64,000 nucleotides of DNA. It comes from Planctomycetota bacterium. GTDB lineage: Bacteria; Planctomycetota; PLA2. The notes beneath the pieces were generated by a model. It was given only the letters and a program-made list of their open reading frames with translations, had not been told where the DNA came from and ran no database searches. Made by a program: the position numbers and the translations under genes. This document shows positions 8,110-17,678 of the stretch, in pieces; position 1 is the stretch's first letter, and the number at the start of each line of letters is the position of its first letter. The DNA lies in assembly GCA_021776785.1 (NCBI GenBank), contig JAJFFF010000001.1, forward strand, positions 93,403 through 157,402. Direction: 5' to 3'.

Positions 8110-9888
8110 CTATTTCTTCTTCCGGAACTTGAGCGACTTGAAGAACACATCGAGGTGTTTCTTGTAGCGAATGTGGAAGTCACCACGAGTTTCCATCTCG
8201 ACAAAGTTGCGCCAACCGCTCGACTCGTCCAAGAGCGCAGTGAAGGTTCCGTCAAACCCTCCGACATCGCCCGGGACGAGCACGAACCCAAGACCGCGGA
8301 AGCTGCCGATCCTTTCCTTACGGCCCTTCGGGTTCATCTTCTTCACGCCGCGCGCTTTCGATTCCCAGTTGCTCTTCCAGCCCGCGGTCACAAGTTTTTT
8401 GTCCTGGGGCACCGCGTTGCGTTCGCCGAGCGCGGCGATGCTTTGGTGCGAGATTGAGATCGTCGCCCAGTTGTTCTCGCCGTCTTGCGCCCAAACGCTG
8501 ATGGACCCGTTGCCGCCCGCCGCTTTGCGGATCTTGAAGCCCGGAGGGAGCTTCCAAGAAACCTCAAGTTTATGTGTCTTGCGGCCCCGTTCCGTCTTGA
8601 GCATCGAGTCCTTGACGGCGGCCTTCTTCACGTTGACGTCCGGCGCCACATCGGCAAACGTGTTGCCCGGGTTTTCGCCCATGATGATCAGGGGCGGAGA
8701 TTTGGCGCCGGCAGAAATGAACGTGACGGACTTGAGCAGTTCTTCCCACTCCGCGATGAGCGTTCCGTCGTCGCCAACCGAGGACTGAAAGCCGCAGGTG
8801 AAGTGGTAGATGTGGGGCGAGAGCATGGCGAGGCCGCCGCGGACCACGGTCGGCTTGTAGTCCGGGACCTTGGCTTTGGGGTCTCCGCGGCGCTTCAGCT
8901 CTTCTTGCTTGCGCACCTCGGCGATCTGCTCGGCTCGAAGACCGCGCAACTCATACTGACCTGATTTCTCGGCCGACGTGATGCTCCGGCCCTCGTTCAT
9001 GTCTTTGGTCGCCAGCTTCGAGCTGTCTCGGTCACCATAGAAGATGTCGAACGCTCCGCCATTGATATAGCGGTCGAGCATGCTGCCCGGTGTCTCCTGC
9101 GTGAAGATATCAGTCCTACTGTATTCAATGCGGAAAAGACGCATGACGGCCAGCACGTTGCCTTCCGCGTTCTTGCGCATCACGGTGAACCGCAGCGTGT
9201 CTTTGTCTTCGCCGAGTGCGGACTCGAGCGACCAACCGGCCGGCAGAGTCATCTTGACGTTGCCGAATTTGTCCTCGAGCGGCGTCGGCTTCGTGCTGGC
9301 CGCGGAGTCGGCTCCGTCGGCGCCGTCTCCTTCGGTGCTCGTGTCGACTTCGCGCTCCTGGAACGAGATGCCTTTCCAGATGCTGGCGAGAGCCTTTTCC
9401 TGCCCCTTGTGCGCGTCGCCGATGCTCGTTTCTAAGATGCGAAACACAATGCCTTGGTGAACGACGCCGCATCCGCGGAAGCGAACGTTGCTCGTGCTCC
9501 CGTCGAGTACGCCGCTGATGCTGAACCCAACGTCGCTGCGTCCGCCCGCTTTGAGCGTTGTGTCCTCGGCGAATGCGGAGGTCACTTTGCTCAGCGCCGC
9601 TGCTAGGACTTTCGCCTCAGACTTGAGCCATGACTCCTTATTGAAGCCGTCGCCGGGTCCGACCTCAACCTGCAGCAACACGTATTTGTTCGGGAGCAGG
9701 TCAAGCTTAGCGGAAAACCGCACCGGGCCGGCTTCGCGCGCTTTTTCGCGGTCCCAATCCGACGGCAGGTGAACCACCAAACCGGAACGCTTATCGACGA
9801 TCTTCTCGCCGTCGTCTTGCGCTCGCAACGTCGGAGCTAGCAGCGTGACGATGACGAACCCGGTTATGAGTACGGTGGACTTACGCAT
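8110..9888 (-). CDS. hypothetical secreted lysine-rich modular protein (three ~190-aa modules), paralogous in style to the upstream gene
   Basis: Internal ATG at 9888 is preceded by GGAGAG and gives a signal peptide MRKSTVLITGFVIVTLLAPTLRAQ. Each module begins with a LPxGW-like motif (HLPSDWD, TLPAGWS, KLPPGFK). K-rich and lower GC. Confidence 0.55.
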   Translation of the reverse strand: MRKSTVLITGFVIVTLLAPTLRAQDDGEKIVDKRSGLVVHLPSDWDREKAREAGPVRFSAKLDLLPNKYVLLQVEVGPGDGFNKESWLKSEAKVLAAALSKVTSAFAEDTTLKAGGRSDVGFSISGVLDGSTSNVRFRGCGVVHQGIVFRILETSIGDAHKGQEKALASIWKGISFQEREVDTSTEGDGADGADSAASTKPTPLEDKFGNVKMTLPAGWSLESALGEDKDTLRFTVMRKNAEGNVLAVMRLFRIEYSRTDIFTQETPGSMLDRYINGGAFDIFYGDRDSSKLATKDMNEGRSITSAEKSGQYELRGLRAEQIAEVRKQEELKRRGDPKAKVPDYKPTVVRGGLAMLSPHIYHFTCGFQSSVGDDGTLIAEWEELLKSVTFISAGAKSPPLIIMGENPGNTFADVAPDVNVKKAAVKDSMLKTERGRKTHKLEVSWKLPPGFKIRKAAGGNGSISVWAQDGENNWATISISHQSIAALGERNAVPQDKKLVTAGWKSNWESKARGVKKMNPKGRKERIGSFRGLGFVLVPGDVGGFDGTFTALLDESSGWRNFVEMETRGDFHIRYKKHLDVFFKSLKFRKKK

Positions 9889-10163
9889 CTTCTTCTCTCC
9901 TTGCCATTTCCTCCCCGCGGAATCAGCATCCTCAAACGGGGAGCGCATCTCTGTGATTCCCCGCGCCATTTGCACCGCGCTGGATGGGGAACTACGTCCT
10001 ACAAATCCGGGCCGCATTGTAACGTCCCGGCGGCAAGCGATTGATCGCTACCGCAATTTGAATGCCGCTGCCGCCCGATCTGTTCCCAGTCCCGGCTCCA
10101 TACGAGCTTGCTACCGTTCGATTGCCGCTCCCGGCAGCAAAAAAGGCAGGGGGACGGCGTTTT

Positions 10164-12884
10164 TTACGAACCGCCGTCGCCCGCGCCCGCGCCGTCGCCG
10201 TCACCTGTACCTTTGCCCTTCGACGGCTCGTCGGTGGAGCTTTCCGGGGATCCACTGTCCTCGCTGTCCTCACCCGGATCTGCTGCTTCGGTATCTACTG
10301 CTTCGGTATCTGTTGCTTCGGGGCCCGTTTCCGGGTTCGCTAGCGCGCCGGCGTCGTCATTCGGGCCCGCGTCGGGATCGCCTTCGGGGTCGCTCCCAGG
10401 CTCGCCGTCTTCGGGCTCGTCTTCGCTGGCCGCGACGATGGCCGCAGCGAGGAGGCGATCCCCAGCTTTGAGATTCATGACTCGGACACCTTGCGTGTTG
10501 CGTCCAATCACGGAAATGTCGGCGATGCGGGTGCGGATAATCATGCCGCCCGCGCTCATCAGCACGATTTCCTCGGATTCATCGACCACGGCCACGCGGA
10601 CGACGGCGCCGTTGCGTTTGGACGTTTGCAGATCTTTTAATCCAAGGCCTCCGCGGGACTGGGCGCGGTAGTCGGCGAGATGCGTGCGCTTGCCGTATCC
10701 GTTGACGGAGAGCGAGATGAGCTGGGCTCCCTCGCGCACCACGCCCATGCCGACGACGCGATCGTCCTCGCGCAGCTTGATGCCGCGGACGCCGCGTGCC
10801 GTCCGGCCCATGCGTCGAACGTCGGTTTCGGAAAAACGGATCGCCATGCCACCCGCGGTTCCCATGATCACGTTTTCGTTACCTTCCAGTAACACCGCCC
10901 CGACCAGGCGATCGTCGTCGGCGAGCTCGCACGCGATGATGCCGGTCTGCCGGGCTGCGTTGCGCAGCAGCGAGAGCGTGACCTTTTTGACGATGCCGCC
11001 ACGGGTCGCAAACAGGATGTCTCGATCGTCGAACTCCTTGAGCGAGAACGCGGCGGTGACTTCTTCCCCGTCGCGCAAGTTCAAGAAGTTTTGGATGCTT
11101 CGTCCTGCGCTCGTGCGACTCAGCTCCGGGATCTCAAACGCCATTTTGGCGAACGCGCGACCCTGGTTCGTGAGGAACAGCAGCGAGTCGTGCGTGTGCG
11201 AGCCCCAGACATGCGTAATGACATCTTCGTCGCGCGTATCGGCGCCGATGATGCCGCGCCCGCCGCGGTTTTGCGCGCGATAGGTACCCAACGCAACGCG
11301 TTTGAGATAACCGCCGCGGCTCATCGTGACGACCACGTCTTCGGGCGTGATCAATTCCGCGCGCGTGAAGTCCACGGCGTCTTCTGAAATCTCGCTCCGG
11401 CGCTTGCGGCCGTGCTTGGCCTTGATGTCGGCGAGCTCTTCCAAGATCACTTCCAGGACACGCGCCTCCGAGCCCAAGATCTCGCGGTAGTACGCAATCT
11501 TTTTGTGTAACTCTTCGAGTTCGTCGATGAGTTTTTGGCGTTCCAGTCCGGTGAGACGCGAGAGCGTCATGCGCAAGATCGCCTGCGCCTGAAGAGTCGT
11601 GAATTCAAACGACTCGACGAGGCGGTGTTCCGCGACCTCGGGATTCGGACTCGAGCGAATCGTCTTGATGATCTCGTCGATCACGTCGAGCGCTTTGAGC
11701 AAGCCCTCCACGATGTGCGCGCGCGCTTCCGCCTTGTCGAGGAGGAACTTGGTGCGGCGCCGGATGACGACGATGCGGTAGTCGCGGTAGCACTCGAGCA
11801 GGCGCTTCAGCGTCAGCGTTTCCGGGCGCCCGTTGACGAGCGCGATCGCGTTGACGCCAAACGTCTCCTGCAGCGACGTGTGCTTGTAGAGCAGGTTCTC
11901 GACGATTTTGGGATCTTCGCCGCGCTTGAGTTGAATGTAGATGCGGTACGGGTTGGTGCGGTCCGCGTAGTCCTCGATGCGCGAGATTCCGTCAATCACG
12001 CCATCTTTGACGAGTTGCGCGATCTTCTTGATGATCAAGTCGCGGCGCGGCGGGTACGGAATCTCTTCGACGTGCAGCGCCCAACGGCCCGGCTTCTCTT
12101 CCTCCGAACGAATCCTTCCGCGCAAGATGACGCGGCCACGGCCCGTCGTGTAGGCGTCGTAGATGCCTTCTCTTCCGCAGATGATGCCGCCGGTCGGGAA
12201 GTCCGGACCGGGTAACACCGTCATCAAATCGACGACACTCACATCCGGGTTGCGGATGTACATGTCGAGGGCGTCGACTACCTCTGACGGGTTGTGCGGC
12301 GCCATGTTGGACGCCATACCGACCGCGATGCCGACCGACCCGTTGACGAGCAAGTTCGGGAAGCGCGCCGGGAGAACCGTCGGCTCCGTTGTCGACTCGT
12401 CGTAGTTGGGGATGTAATCAACCGTGTCGAGGTCGATGTCGTCGAGCATCTCTTTGGATGCCGAAGTGAGGCGCGCCTCGGTGTAACGCATGGCGGCGGG
12501 CGGGTCGCCGTCCACCGAACCGAAGTTGCCTTGGCCGTCGACCAAAAGCGTGCTCATGTTGAACGGCTGCGCCATGCGCACGAGCGTCGGATAGATGACC
12601 GCTTCGCCGTGCGGGTGGTAGTTCCCCGACGTGTCGCCGGCGATCTTCGCGCACTTACGGAACTTGGAACTGGGCCCCAAATTCAGGTCGTTCATGGCCA
12701 CGAGGATGCGACGTTGCGATGGCTTGAGGCCGTCCCGAACGTCGGGCAACGCGCGCGACACGATGACGCTCATCGCATAGCGCAGGTAGCTCGTTTTCAT
12801 CTCATCCTCGATCAAGAGATCGTGGATTTTGTCGGGCGGATCACGGCCGGATTCCGGCGCGGCGGGGGGGACTTGATCGGTCAT
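10164..12884 (-). CDS. gyrA: DNA gyrase subunit A with an acidic Asp/Glu/Gly-rich C-terminal tail
   Basis: SYLRYAMSVIVSRALPDVRDGLKPSQRRIL is close to the E. coli GyrA N-terminus, with the active-site Tyr region and six C-terminal beta-pinwheel blades. Start placed at the MTDQ Met. Tail is EPEDGEPGSDPEGDPDAG... Confidence 0.9.
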   Translation of the reverse strand: MTDQVPPAAPESGRDPPDKIHDLLIEDEMKTSYLRYAMSVIVSRALPDVRDGLKPSQRRILVAMNDLNLGPSSKFRKCAKIAGDTSGNYHPHGEAVIYPTLVRMAQPFNMSTLLVDGQGNFGSVDGDPPAAMRYTEARLTSASKEMLDDIDLDTVDYIPNYDESTTEPTVLPARFPNLLVNGSVGIAVGMASNMAPHNPSEVVDALDMYIRNPDVSVVDLMTVLPGPDFPTGGIICGREGIYDAYTTGRGRVILRGRIRSEEEKPGRWALHVEEIPYPPRRDLIIKKIAQLVKDGVIDGISRIEDYADRTNPYRIYIQLKRGEDPKIVENLLYKHTSLQETFGVNAIALVNGRPETLTLKRLLECYRDYRIVVIRRRTKFLLDKAEARAHIVEGLLKALDVIDEIIKTIRSSPNPEVAEHRLVESFEFTTLQAQAILRMTLSRLTGLERQKLIDELEELHKKIAYYREILGSEARVLEVILEELADIKAKHGRKRRSEISEDAVDFTRAELITPEDVVVTMSRGGYLKRVALGTYRAQNRGGRGIIGADTRDEDVITHVWGSHTHDSLLFLTNQGRAFAKMAFEIPELSRTSAGRSIQNFLNLRDGEEVTAAFSLKEFDDRDILFATRGGIVKKVTLSLLRNAARQTGIIACELADDDRLVGAVLLEGNENVIMGTAGGMAIRFSETDVRRMGRTARGVRGIKLREDDRVVGMGVVREGAQLISLSVNGYGKRTHLADYRAQSRGGLGLKDLQTSKRNGAVVRVAVVDESEEIVLMSAGGMIIRTRIADISVIGRNTQGVRVMNLKAGDRLLAAAIVAASEDEPEDGEPGSDPEGDPDAGPNDDAGALANPETGPEATDTEAVDTEAADPGEDSEDSGSPESSTDEPSKGKGTGDGDGAGAGDGGS
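10281..10320. repeat. short tandem repeat (~15 bp unit x2.5) inside the gyrA acidic tail
   Basis: ctgcttcggtatcta ctgcttcggtatctg ttgcttcgg, encoding TEAVDTEAADP-type repeats. Confidence 0.4.
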
Positions 12885-13090
12885 AGAGGGAAGCCAGCAT
12901 GGTAGCACGCGCTCGGTGTTTCCGTCAAGGTGCGAGACGGACATAAGTATCTGTGAATAAACAAGATATGGCAATTCAAAGAGGGTTCGTGCGGGGCGGC
13001 TCGATTCGGCGCGATTCGGGTCTGAAACGAGCGACGCAATCAGGGCCAGCGGATGCGGTCGAGGCGCGGTGCTGCTAGGATTTTGCTCCC
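12885..13090. promoter_or_regulatory. divergent promoter region between gyrA and a secreted-protein operon, with an AT-rich patch
   Basis: A 206-bp gap containing ataagtatctgtgaataaacaagatatggcaattcaaag in an otherwise GC-rich context. Confidence 0.3.
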
Positions 13091-14083
13091 ATGAGGTTCA
13101 TCACCGCCTTCTCTCTCGCCGCACTTCTTCTCACGCCGGTCGCTGCTCAGGACAAGGGCGACCAAGAAGCGAAATACGAAAACGCCGAGCTCGGCTTGAG
13201 CTTCACCGGTGTCTACGGCTGGAAGCGTCAGGTAGCAACCGGCTCGGCGGCCTGGACCGAGCTGGCGCGTTACAGCGAAGCGGCGTTCGATGCCGACGTC
13301 ATTTTGCTTGTGCGCGACAACCCGTACTCCGCGCTGTCTGACTTGCGGCGCGCGATGCAGGAGGAGTTCAAAGCGGGCTCGGCGAATATCAAGCCGGGCG
13401 AGTCGTCGTACCGGGAGCCCACGTTTCGCGACGAGCAAATGAGGGCCGGCTTGCAGCTTCCCGCCATCGAAGTCGAGTGCAAGTTGGCGCGCATCACCAA
13501 AGAAGGGAAAAAGCGCGAGCTCGCCGTGTTGAGCCGCACGTACTACGGGGCGAACCGGTTGTTTCGTGTGCACTGCACGGCGCGTAGTTCGCGCCTAAAG
13601 CGCGTGAAAGACCTCTTCCAGCGCGCGGCCAAAGGGCTCGTCGTTTCGAGTTCGCAAGAGAAAGTGGTTTCCGGCTATCGCTTCCACAGCGAGCGAGGCA
13701 AGTACCAGTGCTTGGTGCCGGCCGAGCTCACCGGGGCACTTCCGCCGCGCAATGCGAAAGCGGATATGCGATTCGGAAGTCGCAACTTAGGAGTCACGAT
13801 CAGCATCTGGTCCTACGCGTTTGACGGCATCTTGGCGGACCATGTCGAGGAGATGGTCGATTACTACGGTACGGCGATCAAGGTCGACAACGAGGAAGCG
13901 AAAGCGCTCGGCGGGACGGCGTTTTTGTCCACGTTGACCAAGGGTGACAAGGTCACGCTGATCACCGGGACCGTGCAAAATGGGCGCGTTTACCGCATTC
14001 ACACCAGCGGCAAGAAGTCCAAGTTGGACGATCTCAAGCGAGTGCACGCCGCGTTCGCGAAGACTTTCAAGATTGTGAAATGA
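13091..14083 (+). CDS. hypothetical exported protein
   Basis: Signal peptide MRFITAFSLAALLLTPVAAQ. 330 aa. Confidence 0.45.
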   Translation: MRFITAFSLAALLLTPVAAQDKGDQEAKYENAELGLSFTGVYGWKRQVATGSAAWTELARYSEAAFDADVILLVRDNPYSALSDLRRAMQEEFKAGSANIKPGESSYREPTFRDEQMRAGLQLPAIEVECKLARITKEGKKRELAVLSRTYYGANRLFRVHCTARSSRLKRVKDLFQRAAKGLVVSSSQEKVVSGYRFHSERGKYQCLVPAELTGALPPRNAKADMRFGSRNLGVTISIWSYAFDGILADHVEEMVDYYGTAIKVDNEEAKALGGTAFLSTLTKGDKVTLITGTVQNGRVYRIHTSGKKSKLDDLKRVHAAFAKTFKIVK

Positions 14084-14961
14084 AGCCGGTCATCGTTCTG
14101 GCCGCCGCGTTGGTTGGAGGCGTGGCCGGTTCACTCTTGACGCGTGCTCTGCAAGAAGACGCGCCGCAGCGCCAGGAGCGCGAGGCATCGGCGCGAACCG
14201 ATCCGGCGGTCGAAGCGCGGATCGCAGCGCTGGAGCGTGCCTACGCGCGCTTGAAGCAAGCTTGGAGTTCGCGCCCGGACGCGCCGGACCCGGATGGCCG
14301 CGCGCCCGATGCGACTGAAACACCGGGCGATGTTGACGGCGAGCCGGCCGACGCGGCGGCGCCGCAGAAGGGCGCACCTCTTAAGGCCAAGGCGCAAGAG
14401 GAGCTTGACGAGCTGATGCGCGCGTTTGACGCAGCGTCGATCGACGGGCGGACCATCGGCCAGCTTTGGAATTGGATGACGACGAACAAGAAACAGATTC
14501 CGGCGTTGATCGAGCAGCTCCAAGCGCGGCTAAAAGAACGTCCGTCCGCCGACCTCTACACAGTGCTGGCGACGGCCTTTATCGGCGAGCTCAACTACAA
14601 CACGATGCCGGGCGCGTCGCAGGGAGTGGTTTGGGGCCAAGCTTCGCGGGCCTACGACGCGGCGATCAAGCTCGACAACGAGCATTGGCATGCGCGCTAC
14701 GGCAAAGCGTTCGGACTCACGTTCGTGCCCGAGCAATTCGGAACGCGCCCGGTTGCGATCAAACAATTCGAGGAGCTCCGCGAAATTCAGAGTCGGCGTG
14801 CTCCGGAACCGCAGCACGCGCAGACGTACGAACAACTCGGACGCCTCTACATGCAGCAAGGCAATGCGGAGAAGGCGCGCAAGATCTGGCGTGAGGGGCT
14901 TAAGCTCTTCCCGGACAACAAGGGCATCCAGCAGCAGCTCGATGTGAGCGAAAAAAAATGA
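14080..14961 (+). CDS. membrane-anchored TPR-like protein
   Basis: N-terminal TM helix (VIVLAAALVGGVAGSLL) and a C-terminal TPR-like helical region (YEQLGRLYMQQGNAEKARKIWREGLKLFP). Its start overlaps the upstream stop (ATGA). Confidence 0.45.
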   Translation: MKPVIVLAAALVGGVAGSLLTRALQEDAPQRQEREASARTDPAVEARIAALERAYARLKQAWSSRPDAPDPDGRAPDATETPGDVDGEPADAAAPQKGAPLKAKAQEELDELMRAFDAASIDGRTIGQLWNWMTTNKKQIPALIEQLQARLKERPSADLYTVLATAFIGELNYNTMPGASQGVVWGQASRAYDAAIKLDNEHWHARYGKAFGLTFVPEQFGTRPVAIKQFEELREIQSRRAPEPQHAQTYEQLGRLYMQQGNAEKARKIWREGLKLFPDNKGIQQQLDVSEKK

Positions 14962-15218
14962 CGACCAAAGACGAGATCACAGCAGCCGTAAAAACGATCT
15001 TTCGCGACACGGTGAAGCTGGAGCCGGAAAAGATCGACGCATTAACGACGGGGACGCACCTGCGCGACGACCTCGAACTCGATTCGCTCGACATGATCGA
15101 GGTTGTCTACGAGCTTGAGGAAAAATTCGACGTGCAGATTCCCGAAGAGCGCGTCAAAGAGATTCAGACGTTCGGTGAGATCATCGACGGCCTGCACGAA
15201 GCTCTCACAGCTTCTTAG
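14958..15218 (+). CDS. acpP: acyl carrier protein
   Basis: 86 aa. DLELDSLDMIEVVYELEEKFDVQIPEE carries the phosphopantetheine-attachment DSL motif. Start overlaps the upstream stop (ATGA). Confidence 0.8.
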   Translation: MTTKDEITAAVKTIFRDTVKLEPEKIDALTTGTHLRDDLELDSLDMIEVVYELEEKFDVQIPEERVKEIQTFGEIIDGLHEALTAS

Positions 15219-15236
15219 CGCCGGGCTACTCCGGCG
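15219..15236. terminator. short GC hairpin between convergent acpP and the ketoacyl synthase gene
   Basis: cgccgg-gctact-ccggcg: a 6-bp stem with no U-tract. Confidence 0.3.
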
Positions 15237-15239
15237 GAG

Positions 15240-16463
15240 CTACTTCGAACAACGGCGCAGCACGAGTACGGAGTTTTGGCCGCCGAATCCAAAGCTGTTC
15301 GTGATGGCGGTCCCGATGTGCGCGTCGCGCGGTCCGTCGGCCACGTAGTCTAGGTCGCAGCCGTCATCGCCCGGCGTGTAGTGCAGCGTGGGCGGCAACG
15401 TCTGATGGTGAATGGCGAGGGCCGTGCTGGCGAGTTCGATGGCGCCGGCTGCGCCCATCGTGTGCCCGATGTGCCCTTTGATGCTGCTGACGGGAAGCGT
15501 CGCCGCCCGCGCACCGAACACCTGCTTGATGACGGCCGTTTCGTTCTTGTCGTTTGCTTCCGTGGATGTGCCATGGGCACTGACGTAGTCCACGTCATCG
15601 GGCGTGAGGCCGGCATCGGCCAGCGCTTCGCGGACCGCCATCACCTCGCCCTCCGTGTCGGGCCCGACGATGTTGGTGGCGTCGTTGGTCGCGCCGACGC
15701 CCGCTAACTCCGCATAGATGCGGGCGCCGCGGGCTTCCGCGCGCGACCATTCCTCGAGGATGACGATGGCGCACCCTTCGCCGAACACGAGGCCGTCGCG
15801 GTCGCCGCTGAACGGGCGGCTTGCCGTGGCGTCATTGCGCCGCGATAAAACGCGCAGGTTATTCCACGCCGCTCCGGTTGACGCGTTAATCACGAGGTCG
15901 ACGCCGCCCGTAATGCAGGCGTCCAACGTGCCGGCGCGAATCTGTTGCGCCGCGAGTCCGGCGGCGATCGCGCCGGACGAACACGCCGTCGCAACCGTGA
16001 AATTGACCCCGCGTGCCCCAAATCGGATGCCGAGATGGCTCGCGGGGGCGTTGGACATAAGTCGGGGCACCGTAATGGGTTTGATGCGCTTCCAACCCTT
16101 ATGAAAGTACGTGTCGTAGAGGTCTTCGAACTCCAGCGCGCAGCCGTAGCCTGTGCCCAAGATCACGCCGGTGCGCGGCCCGGCGAGATCGCTGGCGCCC
16201 GCGTCGGCCACCGCTTCATTCCCGGTCAAGACGGCTAGTTTGGACGCGCGGCTCCACATCGCGGTCTGGCGCGCGTCCAAGTGGTCATCGAAGTTGAGCG
16301 GTGGGATTTGCGCGTAGTGGGTCGTGGGGTACTCGTGCTCAAACCCTTCGGTCGGGCGGACCGCCGTGCGGCGTTCCAAGATCCCATCCCAAAACGTTTG
16401 GCGCCCGAGGCCCAGCGGCGTGACGAGCCCCAATCCGGTGATCGCGATGCGACGTTCCGTCAT
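15240..16463 (-). CDS. fabF: beta-ketoacyl-ACP synthase II-like (FabF/FabB family)
   Basis: Cys-His-His triad motifs ATACSSG, SAHGTST and KGHIGHT. C-terminal NSFGFGGQN. Confidence 0.85.
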   Translation of the reverse strand: MTERRIAITGLGLVTPLGLGRQTFWDGILERRTAVRPTEGFEHEYPTTHYAQIPPLNFDDHLDARQTAMWSRASKLAVLTGNEAVADAGASDLAGPRTGVILGTGYGCALEFEDLYDTYFHKGWKRIKPITVPRLMSNAPASHLGIRFGARGVNFTVATACSSGAIAAGLAAQQIRAGTLDACITGGVDLVINASTGAAWNNLRVLSRRNDATASRPFSGDRDGLVFGEGCAIVILEEWSRAEARGARIYAELAGVGATNDATNIVGPDTEGEVMAVREALADAGLTPDDVDYVSAHGTSTEANDKNETAVIKQVFGARAATLPVSSIKGHIGHTMGAAGAIELASTALAIHHQTLPPTLHYTPGDDGCDLDYVADGPRDAHIGTAITNSFGFGGQNSVLVLRRCSK

Positions 16464-16563
16464 AACTCCGGAGATTCAATCAGAACCTGGGCGTTTGTGA
16501 CAAGGTTCCGGTGGATTCTCCGGCCGCTTCCGAAATTGCGGCCCGGGCCGAGTCTCGGGAATA

Positions 16564-17637
16564 ATGCGCGGCGTGCGGGTTCTGATGCTCGATGGTGGCG
16601 ATCAAACGCCGTATCTCAGTCGCCTGGTTGCGCACCTGGCGCGCGATGGGCTGGCGATGCACTATGCCGCTGACCCGCGCCATAAGGACTTTACGGCGCT
16701 GAGCGCCCAGGGGGTTGTGTGTCATCCCGTCCGCGTCCGGCACAAACTGGACCTGGCGTGCCGATGGCGTGTTCGCGGCATTCTCGACCGCGAGTCGATC
16801 GACGTGATGCACACGATCGCGGGCCGGGACGCCTATGTGGGCCTGAAAGCGCGGGGGCGGCGCAAGATCCCCACATTTGTGCGTCGCGGCGCCTACGCTC
16901 CGATCAGTCGGTTCGATCCGGCCGATCGCGTCGTGTACGGGCGCCGTGGGGCGGACCGCTTCCTGGTGGTCTCCAAGGATCTTGTGGCCCACATGGCGGC
17001 GCAGGGCTTGGAGCCCGAGCGGCTCGTCAACATCTACACCGGCATCTGGAGTCCGGAGTTGCAACCGATCGCTGTGGACTTGCGCGCCCGCTACAACATC
17101 GATGCAAGCACGCTTCTCATCGCGCACGTCGGAAACTCGCGACCGGTGAAGGGGTTTGACTATCTGCTGGATGCGCTCGCGTTGTTTCAAGAACGTGGCG
17201 GACGGTTTCGACTGTTGGTGGCCGGGCGCGGTTACGAGAAAGACATCGACCGCATGACGGCGCTGGGAGTGCGCGACTCGATCGAGTTGCTCGGTCACGT
17301 GAACGTGATGGAGATCACGCCGAACGTGGACCTCATGGTGCTCCCTTCGCGCATCGACGCCTTGCCGCGCGCCGTCATCGAAGCGACGGTCGTCGGAACG
17401 CCGGTGATCGGAACGCGGGTCGGCGGCGTTCCCGAAATTCTCGATCAAGGCGCGGGCGGCGTCTTGGTCGATCCGAACGATCCGTCGTCGCTGGCGGATG
17501 CGCTGGAAGCGGCGGCGCGCGACAAAGACACGTTGCAAGCGCTCGCGCGACACGCTCAAGAGCGCAATCGCGCGTTGTTTTCAGTCGAGCAAAGCGCCGC
17601 GCGGCATCGCGAACTCTACGCGGCCGTCCTGCGCTAA
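16564..17637 (+). CDS. GT4-family (RfaB-like) glycosyltransferase
   Basis: C-terminal EITPNVDLMVLPSRIDALPRAVIEATVVGTPVIGTRVGGVPE (E-x7-E motif). Confidence 0.75.
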   Translation: MRGVRVLMLDGGDQTPYLSRLVAHLARDGLAMHYAADPRHKDFTALSAQGVVCHPVRVRHKLDLACRWRVRGILDRESIDVMHTIAGRDAYVGLKARGRRKIPTFVRRGAYAPISRFDPADRVVYGRRGADRFLVVSKDLVAHMAAQGLEPERLVNIYTGIWSPELQPIAVDLRARYNIDASTLLIAHVGNSRPVKGFDYLLDALALFQERGGRFRLLVAGRGYEKDIDRMTALGVRDSIELLGHVNVMEITPNVDLMVLPSRIDALPRAVIEATVVGTPVIGTRVGGVPEILDQGAGGVLVDPNDPSSLADALEAAARDKDTLQALARHAQERNRALFSVEQSAARHRELYAAVLR

Positions 17638-17678
17638 TCCGGCCTCATCGCCGCCCCGGGTGGTGCTACACTTGGCTC

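Noticed and set aside
16480-17559. 359-aa minus-strand ORF
   Set aside because: It is antisense to the GT4 glycosyltransferase, which has a clear E-x7-E motif. The protein is R/H/D-rich with no motif.
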